From Amoebidium appalachense (lineage: Eukaryota > Protista > Ichthyosporea), in contig CAVNZM010000003.1 in the NCBI GenBank assembly GCA_963693365.1, positions 2,617,087 through 2,681,086 of the forward strand: a DNA stretch of 64,000 nucleotides, written 5' to 3'. A model generated the notes under the pieces. It had not been told where the DNA came from. It did no database searches and was given only the letters and a program-made list of their open reading frames with translations. The translations under genes were made by a program, and so were the position numbers. Shown in pieces: positions 1 to 10,028 of the stretch; position 1 is the stretch's first letter; each line of letters starts with the position of its first letter.

Positions 1-1
1 C

Positions 2-1045
2 AACAGGCTGACGCTGTCGCTGTCGTACCTGGACTCGCCCGACGGCCGGCCCCCGGGCATGTGGGTGAAGGCGTCCACCGACGTGTACCTGCCTGTGGGC
101 AACTACACCCTGGACACCCTGTGCGCCGAGCTCGAGATGCGGCTGGACGCCGCCATCGCCGCATGCTTCAACCCCAGCTACAGCCCCGAGGAGGTGGCGG
201 ACATTTTGGAGATGTACCCGGACACGCTGCCCTACTACGCCAGCGTCACACACACGGAGCGGTTGCGCCGGGACGCCGAGCGCAACGGCGAGGCGTGGAC
301 CAGGCACCAGGACTTTGTGTGCAAGACGCGGTGGGCGCCACGCCGGCAGGGCCCGCGCGACGAGATCGCCTTCGAGGCGCTGATGCTCGCGCAGCTGTAC
401 TACAGGGAGAACGCATGGGCGTGGCGCGAGCTGGCCAACGAGCGTGACGCGCACGGGCGCATCCAGTGGCCGTTCCACAACACGCTGTACAACCTCATGA
501 CGCCCTCGAAGCTCGCCCTGCCCGGTCGGCTGGTCATCAGCATCCACCACCGCAAGAACATGGACCCGGACACCATGAAGCACTGGCAGCCCTACGCGTC
601 GGTGCCGACTTTCACGCTCGACGTGTGCCGGGGGCTCGGGAACGTGCTGGGCATGGCGGCGGGTACGCACGTCAGCCACAGCCTGACGGCGGGGCTGCCG
701 CCGCTGGCACGCTACTTTGACGGAAGGGACCATGCGCCTGTGGAGGAGGGCGACCAGCAGCTGCCGTGCCAGGGCGACAACATCCAGTGCGTGGTTGGGA
801 CGGACGTGCCCCTGGGCCCGCGGGGGGCGCTCATGGTGCACGTCATGCAGGGCGAGACGAACCTGACGGGGCGCGTCATGGCGCCCGGGGTGCAGGGGGC
901 GGCGGGCGGGGCGGTAGACGACATGCAGGTCAACCCGCAGATCCTGGGGACGCTGGACCATGTCGACACGCTGCGGCTGGTGGTGGTGGACGAGACCGGG
1001 ACAAGGGTGAGCGGGTGCTTCTCGGCGCTGGTCGCGGTTAAATAA
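2..1045 (+). CDS. Putative minor capsid/penton-like protein, 5' partial (frame open from position 2)
   Basis: LPVGNYTLDTLCAEL resembles the IPxGNY motif, and C-terminal LDHVDTLRLVVVDETG resembles the terminal strand motif of single jelly-roll penton proteins. Confidence 0.5.
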   Translation, partial: NRLTLSLSYLDSPDGRPPGMWVKASTDVYLPVGNYTLDTLCAELEMRLDAAIAACFNPSYSPEEVADILEMYPDTLPYYASVTHTERLRRDAERNGEAWTRHQDFVCKTRWAPRRQGPRDEIAFEALMLAQLYYRENAWAWRELANERDAHGRIQWPFHNTLYNLMTPSKLALPGRLVISIHHRKNMDPDTMKHWQPYASVPTFTLDVCRGLGNVLGMAAGTHVSHSLTAGLPPLARYFDGRDHAPVEEGDQQLPCQGDNIQCVVGTDVPLGPRGALMVHVMQGETNLTGRVMAPGVQGAAGGAVDDMQVNPQILGTLDHVDTLRLVVVDETGTRVSGCFSALVAVK

Positions 1046-1213
1046 ACCAAATGCTGTTTTTTACATTGTTTACTTGGAATGCCCACAAATGCAGGGCAGA
1101 TCATCATTTTCTCCTTCGAAATTAGAGAACACCATTATCAGGTGCAGGGCAGGTCTCCCGAAAGCTCTGCCAATGGGTAAGTGATTTTCGTGTTGCGCAA
1201 TGTCTTCATTACC

Positions 1214-2551
1214 TTATCCAAATACAGCTAGTGCCAAGTCCTTGGTATCGCCAGGGTCCATAAAGGTTTCGGCCATGTCGGCAAGAACCGGAGCCAAGCA
1301 GGCAAACTCTACCCCAAACATCTCGCGTTCGATGTTTTCTTGGTAAAGTTGCTGGTGCACAAACCTTTCTGCATCTCTCAGGTTCTGAGTAGGAACAGGC
1401 AGAGCAAACAGAAGGCGCTTTTGCGCATCAGTATGCCAGGTAGCAGCCTCGCGCATACGTCCACTCACGTTCTTCATACTTAGGCCAATTTTCAGGCAAG
1501 GGACAGTCCCGTACTTCGAAACAAACACGTAGACACCCGGGACCTGCTGGGTACAGGTGCGCTGCGTGACATTCCGAAGTCGTTTAGAGGCTTTGATATA
1601 CTCAGGTGGCAAATAGTCCTCCTCGGTGCGCATCTCACGCTGCAGCTGCAGAATACGGATTTCCTTGTCAATCTTGTCGCAGTCAGCAAGCACCTTGTCA
1701 CGCTCGGCTTTCATCAGTTCGGTTTGCTTTTCTACCAACCTTCCTTCTTCACGCAGGGCCATGATTTTGGCATTTGCTTCCCGTAGGATAGGATCGTGAA
1801 CCATCATGTACCTCTCGTACCGGGCCAGCTCGGATTCTCGCATGACACGCGGCTTGACCGAGCGCAACTGTTCGTCCTGTTTTATGTCGCTTGCGGGGCG
1901 TTTAGGCCGTGTGTGGATGGAACCAACAGATTCGGTGCCTGCGGCCACATCCGTTTCCTGCAGGACATCGGCGACAGCTGAGTGGTCACCAGACAGAACC
2001 TTGCCCTGAATAGAGCACCACTTGGAATGATAGGCCGGACTGATGTGTTGTGCAAATGCAGTAGCAACATCTACGAGAACCCAGGTGCCACGAAAAATCT
2101 CAGCATTTTCGCCCTTGTAATGATAGCGTGATGTGTCGATACTGGACCATTGAGCGGACCCCTTCCGGGTAGCAGCTGAATCCTTCTGATCAGAAGTGTT
2201 CCCATTCTTATTCAATGAATCCTTCTGATCAGAAGTGTTCCCATTCTTCGAATCCTTCTGAACAGAAGGGTTCATCTGCTTCTCTATTTCGTCCAACAAC
2301 GTGTGTGTGCTATCCAGCTTGAACCAATTGCTCCAGGTTTTGTTATTTTTTTTGCCGATGTGAGTTGCATTTACCCAAAGCTCTCCGCCCTTTCGTACCT
2401 CGCCATATGTAAGCAGGTTTCCTTCTGCATCCCTGATAGGTGTTATCTCACCTTCCTTCAAAACCTTTCCATTGCGCATAACAACTCTCTCCGAAGGTAG
2501 CGATTGGGTCACTGATGTGTAATCCGGTGGCTGGGATACGAGGGTGGCCAT
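1214..2551 (-). CDS. KilA-N domain + coiled coil + T5orf172/GIY-YIG-like domain protein
   Basis: WVNATHIGK..WSNWFKL and GTWV..AFAQHISP (KilA-N); GVYVF..LKIGLS..R..ERFVH..EMF (T5orf172). Confidence 0.85.
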   Translation of the reverse strand: MATLVSQPPDYTSVTQSLPSERVVMRNGKVLKEGEITPIRDAEGNLLTYGEVRKGGELWVNATHIGKKNNKTWSNWFKLDSTHTLLDEIEKQMNPSVQKDSKNGNTSDQKDSLNKNGNTSDQKDSAATRKGSAQWSSIDTSRYHYKGENAEIFRGTWVLVDVATAFAQHISPAYHSKWCSIQGKVLSGDHSAVADVLQETDVAAGTESVGSIHTRPKRPASDIKQDEQLRSVKPRVMRESELARYERYMMVHDPILREANAKIMALREEGRLVEKQTELMKAERDKVLADCDKIDKEIRILQLQREMRTEEDYLPPEYIKASKRLRNVTQRTCTQQVPGVYVFVSKYGTVPCLKIGLSMKNVSGRMREAATWHTDAQKRLLFALPVPTQNLRDAERFVHQQLYQENIEREMFGVEFACLAPVLADMAETFMDPGDTKDLALAVFG

Positions 2552-2616
2552 CTATATGTGCACAGATAATATTTTTTGGCTGGAAAAAGTTGAGAGGAAG
2601 GGAAGGGATAAAAAGC

Positions 2617-3003
2617 AATGCAGAAAACACACGCACCCTGTATCGCTTAGCACAGCGAGGAGATACGTTTGTGTACGCCGTGCATGTACCTTCGACAGAT
2701 TCCCACCAACGCCTGAAATTCGGTTTCACAACCAATGTAGAGAAACGCTTTTCGGATTATCGTTCCCTCTTGGCTGACATGAACAACAAGATCGTCCTGC
2801 TGCTGCCTTCCGAAACCCCCCGGCCAATAGAGAAGTTCATAAAGACCGAGCTGCGCGGATGCCGGGTGGGAGACAACAAAAACACCGAGCTCTTTGATGT
2901 TCCCTTCAACAAGTTTCGCAGCGTACTCCTGGACGTGCTGGATCTTTATGGTCCATGGGGGGAAGGAGTCGCCGATGACATACAAGAGGCTTTAATGGTC
3001 TAA
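2617..3003 (+). pseudogene. 5'-truncated T5orf172 domain, near-identical copy of the C-terminus of 7045..8262
   Basis: AENTRTLYR..FVYAVH..LKFGFT..ELFDV matches the C-terminus of the 7045 ORF; no in-frame ATG at the start of homology. Confidence 0.7.
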
Positions 3004-3006
3004 CCT

Positions 3007-3522
3007 CTACCCGCCCATAGCCGCCCTGTCAGCGGGGCGTTCAACCTGTGGGAACCTAGGCACGAACGAGAAGGACTCGAATGTCGCGTACGCCGCACGG
3101 CGCGCCACAGCCATGCCGCAGTGACGCGCGCGCTCCTGGAACTGCTGGTAGCGGTCGGTGTACTGGGGATCGGACGACGTCTCCATGAGAAACACGCCAA
3201 ACCTGTCCTCCTCCTCGTCACCGAAGAAGATGATGTTGACGACGACGGGGACCCCCTCGAGCCGCCCGACCATGAGCCAGTTGTAGTGCCCCCTCCCATG
3301 GATCATCCAGGGCTCCCGCCCCTGTGCGCTTTCAATCAAGAACAGAAACGACTCCTGCCCGGACAACACATCCTCGCACGGCAGTGTCAGCTGCAAGTAG
3401 AATGTGTTCGGCTGGCCCAGCCGTGGTATCATTTCGGCCAAATCCGAGCCGCCGTCGATAAACACCTCGTGGTCGTAATCCGCGTCCCATCCCCATGTGG
3501 CGTGTGATGTGCCGTTCCCCAT
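3007..3522 (-). CDS. Hypothetical protein with possible N-myristoylation (MGNGTS)
   Basis: Open frame; ATG at 3522 gives MGxxxS and is preceded by the shared AATATT motif. Confidence 0.5.
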   Translation of the reverse strand: MGNGTSHATWGWDADYDHEVFIDGGSDLAEMIPRLGQPNTFYLQLTLPCEDVLSGQESFLFLIESAQGREPWMIHGRGHYNWLMVGRLEGVPVVVNIIFFGDEEEDRFGVFLMETSSDPQYTDRYQQFQERARHCGMAVARRAAYATFESFSFVPRFPQVERPADRAAMGG

Positions 3523-3601
3523 GCCTGTGCCGACAATATTCTTGTAAACGAGTCGGGCAGGTATGGCATAAAAGGGAATCCCCCAACCCCCCACCCCCAC
3601 A

Positions 3602-4211
3602 ATGCGTGTGGCCGCCATCGACGTCGGCTTCCTGAACCTGGTGGTGTGCGTGCTCAGCACCACCGACGACCCCGCGCACGCCCTTCATCATCCACACGTG
3701 GGACCGCTGGCTCGTGGGCAACCCGGACACCACGGCCACGGTGCTGGTGGAGCTGCTGCTGCGCCGGCTGCACGAGGACCGCGCGCTGTTCGCGGACGTC
3801 GACATGGTCGTCATCGAGCGCCAGATGGTCACCAAGCTGAGCGTGCTCGCCCACGCGCTGCAGGCGTACTTCCTCACCCTCAGATTGACCAATGGCCACG
3901 GGCCCGGCGTGGTGCTGCAGCACGGCACGCGCAAGAACCAGTGCGGTGCGTGGCTCGCCCGCCACGGAATGGCTCCCGCGGAGACGGGCAAGGCGCCGTA
4001 TGCGGTGTACAAGCGGCGTGCGGTGGTCGACACGCAGCAGGCGCTGAAGCTGCAGAGCGAGCAGGGGTGGCGGGACAAGTTTGCGCGGGAGGGCAAGAAG
4101 GACGACATGGCGGACGCGCTGCTGCACGGTCTGTGGTACACGTTCTGTCGGAATCAGAAGGGGGGGTCACGCAGAGGGCATATGCAAGCAAACAGACAGT
4201 GTACAAAATAA
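3602..4211 (+). pseudogene. RuvC-like Holliday junction resolvase (poxvirus A22 family), split by a +1 frameshift near 3670-3685
   Basis: MRVAAIDVGFLNL in one frame; IIHTWD, VVIERQ and KKDDMADALL in the next frame. Confidence 0.85.
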
Positions 4212-4249
4212 AAAAAGCAATTCATCTCTTTATTTGTTTCTTATAGACC

Positions 4250-4400
4250 GGCTTCCAGATACAGTTGAACCTACCATCCTTTCCTAATCTTGCCAACACG
4301 ACCACGGGTCATGAAGGAGCTAGGCTAGTGGCATGGTCATGCAAGGTTACAAGAACCCTGGCCTATACCGGCAGAGGCCCGTGGCTGCCCACGGGCCGCG
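4250..4400 (-). ncRNA. Predicted Fanzor omegaRNA scaffold overlapping the ORF 3' end and the element right end
   Basis: Position typical of TnpB/Fanzor guide RNAs; perfect hairpin GGCCCGTGG-gcag-CCACGGGCC at 4376-4397. Confidence 0.55.
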
Positions 4401-6315
4401 TACAAGAGCGAATAAAAATATTGCGAGCCCCATTGACATCCCTGTCTATGACCAACCCACAATGTTTACACTTGAACACCTTAGAACCTCCAAGACTCTG
4501 ATTGATTTGTCCGCACCTCCCACACGTTTTGCTGGTGTAGGGCTCGTTGACAAACACCACTGCAGTTCCCCGCTGTTCTGCCTTACACACCAGCCGTTGT
4601 CGAAACTTGGCATGCTGCCAACCCATCATACATCGAACGCTCTTGCTGCGGAGCTTCCTCTTCCCCCTCCGTGACATGTTCCCTGAATCAAACCAAGGAA
4701 TCACAACCACGTCAAAGTTGGAGGTGAGCCATCCAGCGGCCTTCCAGTGGGCATCCCCAATAAGGTTCTGAACCCTTCGACGCATTCGGGCCAACGCCTT
4801 TTTCATTCGATGGCGGCTTTTGTGTTTAACAGATGTGTTAGTCAAACGACTTTTCAGCTGGTCTTCACGGTTGAGAAGTCGACTGATGCGTTTGATGTCA
4901 CCGGGAAAGAGGTGGGTGACCTCCTTCTTGCAGGGGTCGTAGACAGTCTGGAAGGTTCTAATACCAGGATCGAGTGCACATATCCGCCTCTCATATTGTT
5001 CGGTTATAGGGGCTTGGCTATCACCCCCAGGTACCCGATATGTAATTGATAGGTAGAAGTGTCCGTCCTTTGTCATCGTCAGACGACCATCTGTCTCCAT
5101 CTTCTTCAGTTGTACCTGCTCCGCAAGTTTCAAGTGCCCTCGTTCGGGGCACATTGTGGGGGCAAATACAGCATGTGTACCTTCGAATTTGGTGAGTGCG
5201 CGGGGTATCAGAATCGATTGATGCCCATCTTTTTTGGATCTGTAACGGACAAAAACGCTGCTTGCTTTTACACCCCTCTTCTTAGCATAGCGCGCCTTCG
5301 CCTTCTGAGAGGCCACCGCCCCAAAAAAATCATCCACTGCCCCGTTGCGAAGAAGATTTGGAACACGCTTCTTGTATTCTTCATGGTTCGGAATGCTTTT
5401 GTTGTTGACAAACTGTTTGCGATATTCAGTTTTGTCCATGCTCCCTGTAACGTCGTGAAGACCCACACATTGGTTGAATATTTTCCTTGCCACTCCGAAG
5501 CATTCGACCAACCATCGCTTTTGTTCCTTTGTTGGGATCACACGAACTAGTTTTGTGCGGACCAAAAGCTCATTCTTTTCCCGCAAAGCCAAAATGTCCA
5601 CTCCACATGCCATGTAGTCGTCAAGCTCCGGAGGCCGCCCATTAAGACGATCCTTTAAACAGAGTTTCTGCTCTTTCTTCATGTGCTTCGATGCCATGCG
5701 TTTTAGTCTTTTGGTGTTCCTTTCCGCTTCCCTCTCCTCCATTGCACTTGTTTCCGTACTTGCGACGTCCATGATGCTTACAGACAAAGTGAGTGGTGAC
5801 GGCAATAAGATCTTCTGCGAGTTCGTCTGTATTGGACTCGTCTGCATGATTGAGAACCACGATTTTGACCCCATATGCTTCCAGAATCCACCAGAGCAAG
5901 TCACCGGCGAGTCGACACAGCCTGTCTTTGTGGGCAACCACAACCTCTCTGACAGTTCCTTTGCTTGCCCGTTCCAAAATGGACAGCAGCCCTCTGCGCT
6001 TAAAGTTGACCCCACTCCCGACATCAGTGACAATTTCGTGATTGGGACACCGTTCACGCAAATACTGAACTTGCCGGTCGAGGTCTGTGCGCTGTTTGTT
6101 GGATGAGACACGTGCATAGGCAACATCGACTTTGTCTGGTCGTGTTGCCGTTTCACACCCGAGCAAGGTGTCAATGTCTGAGGTGTTGTACAGGCGAACA
6201 TTGCCTGGTGTTCTAAGGATTCGAATGCGCCCCTGGTTTGCCCATCTCCGAAGTGAGGATCCTGAAACCCCAAACTTCTTTCTGGATTGGAGTCCAGATA
6301 TGTACTGGGTGCCAT
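4363..6315 (-). CDS. tnpB: Fanzor2/TnpB RNA-guided endonuclease
   Basis: RuvC-I ALDPGIRTF; VVVIPWF with the glutamate shifted to VNEPYTSKTC; CGRC/CKHC zinc finger; RuvC-III DRDVNGARNI; HTH PTKEQKRWL..FGVARKIFN. Start codon uncertain. Confidence 0.93.
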   Translation of the reverse strand: MAPSTYLDSNPERSLGFQDPHFGDGQTRGAFESLEHQAMFACTTPQTLTPCSGVKRQHDQTKSMLPMHVSHPTNSAQTSTGKFSICVNGVPITKLSLMSGVGSTLSAEGCCPFWNGQAKELSERLWLPTKTGCVDSPVTCSGGFWKHMGSKSWFSIMQTSPIQTNSQKILLPSPLTLSVSIMDVASTETSAMEEREAERNTKRLKRMASKHMKKEQKLCLKDRLNGRPPELDDYMACGVDILALREKNELLVRTKLVRVIPTKEQKRWLVECFGVARKIFNQCVGLHDVTGSMDKTEYRKQFVNNKSIPNHEEYKKRVPNLLRNGAVDDFFGAVASQKAKARYAKKRGVKASSVFVRYRSKKDGHQSILIPRALTKFEGTHAVFAPTMCPERGHLKLAEQVQLKKMETDGRLTMTKDGHFYLSITYRVPGGDSQAPITEQYERRICALDPGIRTFQTVYDPCKKEVTHLFPGDIKRISRLLNREDQLKSRLTNTSVKHKSRHRMKKALARMRRRVQNLIGDAHWKAAGWLTSNFDVVVIPWFDSGNMSRRGKRKLRSKSVRCMMGWQHAKFRQRLVCKAEQRGTAVVFVNEPYTSKTCGRCGQINQSLGGSKVFKCKHCGLVIDRDVNGARNIFIRSCTRPVGSHGPLPV

Positions 6316-6325
6316 CGTGGGGCAT
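5642..6325 (-). CDS. tnpA: IS607 TnpA serine recombinase with N-terminal MerR-like HTH
   Basis: FGVSGSSLRRWANQG..RTPGNVRLY (HTH); YARVSSNKQRTDLDRQ; DVGSGVNFKRRGL; VVVAHKDRLCR; ELAEDL. Confidence 0.93.
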   Translation of the reverse strand: MPHDGTQYISGLQSRKKFGVSGSSLRRWANQGRIRILRTPGNVRLYNTSDIDTLLGCETATRPDKVDVAYARVSSNKQRTDLDRQVQYLRERCPNHEIVTDVGSGVNFKRRGLLSILERASKGTVREVVVAHKDRLCRLAGDLLWWILEAYGVKIVVLNHADESNTDELAEDLIAVTTHFVCKHHGRRKYGNKCNGGEGSGKEHQKTKTHGIEAHEERAETLFKGSS

Positions 6326-6516
6326 ACTATATGGTATAGAAAATATTTGAAATCGCTCAACATTGGCAGTCTTGGATACCAGGGACACCTGTGCCTCGTG
6401 CGACACTTGCTGTGGTTTATTATTGTTGCATTTTACAACCAAGGCTCTCAGACTGAAGAACCAACAGCTATCAAATCTGCTATATGTATGACCAAGAAAA
6501 AACGTCTTAGCAATTA

Positions 6517-7023
6517 TCATTGTAGCAGTCCCATGGACCGGAGGTATAGATTGGCCCGTTGGTTGTCTGTGTCTGTGTTGTTCCTGTGGGCAATCTGCAA
6601 TTCGGGTTCCATGTTGATAATACCCTGGAAGTAGCACACGAGCTGATCCGCTGTCGGTGACTCGGCCACGTGTTGGTTCCAACCCGGTAGGTACAGGCGC
6701 AGATACCCGTAGCCATCACACACCCATCCCACGCGTGACACCCATGCCATATCCTCCTCGGAGAAAAGCCACTTGTGTCCGCCCACCCTTATGGTGTCGC
6801 TTCCAACCAGTTTCATGTCAAAGGCTTTGCTCCACGTGTGCATCACAAGCTCGTCATCATCGTCGTGCCAGTACAGCCCAAATCCGCTGCCCTTGGCACA
6901 GCTCTCCACGTACCATGTTATGAGGTGGGTGGGTTCGTATATGCGAAGAGCCACTAGAAACTTGCACCACTCTGGGGCCTGGTGAACATTGTCATTGTTG
7001 ATAATCTGCTGCACGGGCAACAT
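6517..7023 (-). CDS. HNH endonuclease-like protein
   Basis: C-terminal IAHRNNTDTDNQRANL fits the HNH_3-type H-x-N...DN..NL pattern; upstream GYGYLRL. Confidence 0.65.
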   Translation of the reverse strand: MLPVQQIINNDNVHQAPEWCKFLVALRIYEPTHLITWYVESCAKGSGFGLYWHDDDDELVMHTWSKAFDMKLVGSDTIRVGGHKWLFSEEDMAWVSRVGWVCDGYGYLRLYLPGWNQHVAESPTADQLVCYFQGIINMEPELQIAHRNNTDTDNQRANLYLRSMGLLQ

Positions 7024-7044
7024 ACATGGTGCACAAATTATATT

Positions 7045-8262
7045 TTACCCCTCTAACGCCTCCCGCACGTTGTTGGCCGTCCCCTCCCCCCACGGACCAA
7101 ACAGGTCCAATACTTCCAGGAGCACATCGCGGAACTTGTTGAACGGGACGTCAAATAGCTCAGTGTTCTTGTTGTCCCCCACCCGACATCCACGCAGCTC
7201 CGTCTTGATAAACCTCTCTATCAGCCGGGGCTTCTCGGCAGGGAGCAGCAGAACGATCTTGTTGTTCATATCAGCCAGGAGCGAGCGGTAGTCAGAGAAC
7301 CGTTTCTCTACGTTGCTCGTGAACCCGAACTTCAGGCGCTGGTGGGAATCCGTGGATGGCACGTGCACGGCATAGACAAAGGTGTCGCCCCTTTGTGCAG
7401 AGCGGTACAGTGTGCGCGTGTTCTCGGCGGTCGCATCCATGAACGCGATGTATGCCTCGGGTAGGGGCGGGGCGAGTCGCAGTCTGAGACGTTCGACTTC
7501 GGCCTGGACCAGTCGGGCGTCAGCATCCTTCCGTGCCACATATGCCTCCGCTTCGAGCTTGGAGGCGTAGGCTGCAATCAACGACGGGACCGTCAACATC
7601 TTCTCCTCACGCAGGCGTGCGAGTTGGCGGTCAGTCAGAATCCGAATCTTCGCGACGTGACCATTTCCATCTCTGGCCTCGTCGGGTTGGCGCTTCGCTA
7701 TCCTGGTGTGCACCATCCCAACGGACTCGGTTCCCGCCACCTTGTCAGTTTCGGCAAGTACATCAGCAACCGACGAGTGATCTCCGGAGTATGTCTTGCC
7801 CATGATCTTGCACCACTTGGCGCGGAATGCGGGGTTGGCATCAGATACGAACGCTGTGGCCAAATCTATGACAGCCCATGTGCCTCGGAGAACATTCTTG
7901 TCGTCGCCTTGAAATCTTACCCGAGACACGTCAACCAAGCTACACTGCTGGTCATCAGAGCTAGACTGCATATCTGCACTGCAGATTTTGCCCTCCAACT
8001 TAGCAATGAGTTCCTTTGTCCCCTTCAGTTTGTACCAGTCAAACCACGCTCTTTGCACACTGTTTGCGAGCTTGGACACGTTCACCCACAATTTGCCTTT
8101 CCTTGCTTCCCCGTATGTTGCCACCATTCCAGTGTCTTCATCTCTTAATTCGAAATACTCGCCGTCTTTGTAGGCTTTCCCTTTGTACAAGACCGTTGGC
8201 TCGTCGTCCTGCTTCACGCTTGCATAGCTTGGTGGATCGGGGATGTGAACCGAGGCCGCCAT
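7045..8262 (-). CDS. KilA-N + T5orf172/GIY-YIG-like protein
   Basis: WVNVSKLA..WFDWYKLKGTKELI and GTWA (KilA-N); FVYAVH..LKFGFTSNVEKR..IERFIK..ELF. Confidence 0.85.
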   Translation of the reverse strand: MAASVHIPDPPSYASVKQDDEPTVLYKGKAYKDGEYFELRDEDTGMVATYGEARKGKLWVNVSKLANSVQRAWFDWYKLKGTKELIAKLEGKICSADMQSSSDDQQCSLVDVSRVRFQGDDKNVLRGTWAVIDLATAFVSDANPAFRAKWCKIMGKTYSGDHSSVADVLAETDKVAGTESVGMVHTRIAKRQPDEARDGNGHVAKIRILTDRQLARLREEKMLTVPSLIAAYASKLEAEAYVARKDADARLVQAEVERLRLRLAPPLPEAYIAFMDATAENTRTLYRSAQRGDTFVYAVHVPSTDSHQRLKFGFTSNVEKRFSDYRSLLADMNNKIVLLLPAEKPRLIERFIKTELRGCRVGDNKNTELFDVPFNKFRDVLLEVLDLFGPWGEGTANNVREALEG

Positions 8263-8471
8263 GCTCAACTGCGTAGATAATATTGATGACCCCTACCAGC
8301 CCCCCGGGCCAAGCCAAAATGTCTGCGCCCCGCCCGGGGCTGTGGTACCTGTTCTGCAGGCGTGGGAGGTCGGGGAAGATGTAAGAATAAAGCGCTTTGT
8401 TTCATGGAGACTCAATGCTACACGGATGACAATTAGCCTAGCTCAGGGTATGAAAAAGCATGCCTGAGAAA

Positions 8472-10028
8472 TCAACAGCCCAGTCTGGGCTGCACGCTGG
8501 CGGGGACCAGCCCCTCGTATGCGTTCCTGAACACCTGCGCCGTGTACTTGAACTCGGCAACCTCCGGGCTGTGGGGTACCTCCCGCTCCAGCCAAACCGC
8601 CGTGGCCAAGATGATGGTGTAGGCCTGGCGGGCAGTGATCTCGGTGGACATGACCGCACGTCCCCAGCCGAGTGCTGAGCGCAGCTTGATGGCGCGCTGG
8701 ATAGCCATGTCAGCTCCGATGACCCCCACCACTGCCGTGTCGGGCTTGTCGGTGTAGATGTCCACGTTCAGCACCTCGAGTACATAGCGGCGCACGAGTC
8801 CAACAGAGCCCTTGGTAGACCCTCCGAACATGGCGGCGGTGACGCTGCGGGGAAGGTTGTACAGGCGGTCACGCAGGAAGGGGTTGCCTGTGCCACCGAG
8901 GGCGGAGCTGTCCGGGTCCTCGGGTAGGATGCGGGGGGTGAAGGCCTGGGCGGTGCTGTTGAGGGCGCTGGTGAGGCGGGCCACGTGGGACTTGCTGTAC
9001 TCGATGACAAGCTGCTGCTGCTCAATCAGCGTGTCGCGGTCCCGGATGGTCTTGTTGCGCTCCTCGATGGTAATGTTCCGGTCCTCGATTGTGCGCTGCA
9101 TGTTCTGGAGCAGCGTCTGCCAGTAGGCAGCCCCGTGCTCCTCGGATCCCCCGGCACCCCCGTTCTCCACGTACTCCCCGAACAGGCGAGCGCCGCTGCC
9201 CTCGGGGAGGGAATCCTGAAGACGACGGTTGGCGCGCACCTCGTCAACCAAAGTCTCGTCACCACCCAGGTAGCGCACGATGAGCTCAGCGGCCGCAGCC
9301 TTGAAAGCAGCAACCTTGGGACCGGTCAGGGCCAGGATGATGCGCACCAGCCCCTTTGCATCGGCGACCGGGGTTGCACGCTCTTGATCAACCCAGCCCG
9401 AATCATGGGCTGAGTTAATCACTGACGGATCACTAGCAAGGAGTTCATTCCAAACGTTGGCAGGTTTTGCATATCCAATGGCTGCAAGCACATCCAACAC
9501 GGAAGCTTTCCGGGGCACGGTGTTGGTGCACCGGATGGTCTTGCCGCTCCAGTCTCCCCCGCCCTCCCCGAACTTGAACAGAGTCACAGCCAGCCCGTCG
9601 CCGTCGAGGTCCATGCCCGGAACCGCCGTGGGCAGCTGGCGCATGGCTTCGGCAAGGGCCTTGTTGTCCGCCACCTTCCAGATGCTGATGGAGGGGTCGC
9701 CGAGTACACCACGCACGGAGGTGGCGTGCACCTGTTCACGCAGGCGGACGAGGGACAGGGTCTTGCCGGACGGCAGGGTGCGGGTGTCCTGGGCGACAAC
9801 CCCAAATCGCTTGGTGTCGCCGAGGGCTGTGGCGGCACGCTCGTGCAGGTCGGTGTGGTCGGAGAGGAGCGCCCAGTAGCGGATGCGGGAGCGCTCGGGG
9901 TCAAGCAGAAGGGTGCGGATGGTGTCCTCAAGGGATGCGTTCTCCTCCATACTGTCGTCCGTGTCCATGCTGTCGATGTTGTCGCTCTGCATGTTGTTGT
10001 TGATGTCCATGTTCTGGGTTGTCTCCAT
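8472..10028 (-). CDS. Bro-N-like viral DNA-binding protein with coiled coil
   Basis: ASVLDVL..TPVADAKGLVRIILAL.G..AAFK..RYLGGDETLVDEV; likely ATG at 10028, below a TATA box. Confidence 0.65.
   Translation of the reverse strand: METTQNMDINNNMQSDNIDSMDTDDSMEENASLEDTIRTLLLDPERSRIRYWALLSDHTDLHERAATALGDTKRFGVVAQDTRTLPSGKTLSLVRLREQVHATSVRGVLGDPSISIWKVADNKALAEAMRQLPTAVPGMDLDGDGLAVTLFKFGEGGGDWSGKTIRCTNTVPRKASVLDVLAAIGYAKPANVWNELLASDPSVINSAHDSGWVDQERATPVADAKGLVRIILALTGPKVAAFKAAAAELIVRYLGGDETLVDEVRANRRLQDSLPEGSGARLFGEYVENGGAGGSEEHGAAYWQTLLQNMQRTIEDRNITIEERNKTIRDRDTLIEQQQLVIEYSKSHVARLTSALNSTAQAFTPRILPEDPDSSALGGTGNPFLRDRLYNLPRSVTAAMFGGSTKGSVGLVRRYVLEVLNVDIYTDKPDTAVVGVIGADMAIQRAIKLRSALGWGRAVMSTEITARQAYTIILATAVWLEREVPHSPEVAEFKYTAQVFRNAYEGLVPASVQPRLGC

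Larger units (their letters stand above)
4246..6493 (-). mobile_element. IS607-family element carrying TnpA and Fanzor2; ends inferred
   Basis: Serine recombinase plus TnpB-like ORF, inserted between convergent viral genes; GACC at 4246-4249 and 6490-6493 (GG core on the minus strand). Confidence 0.75.
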
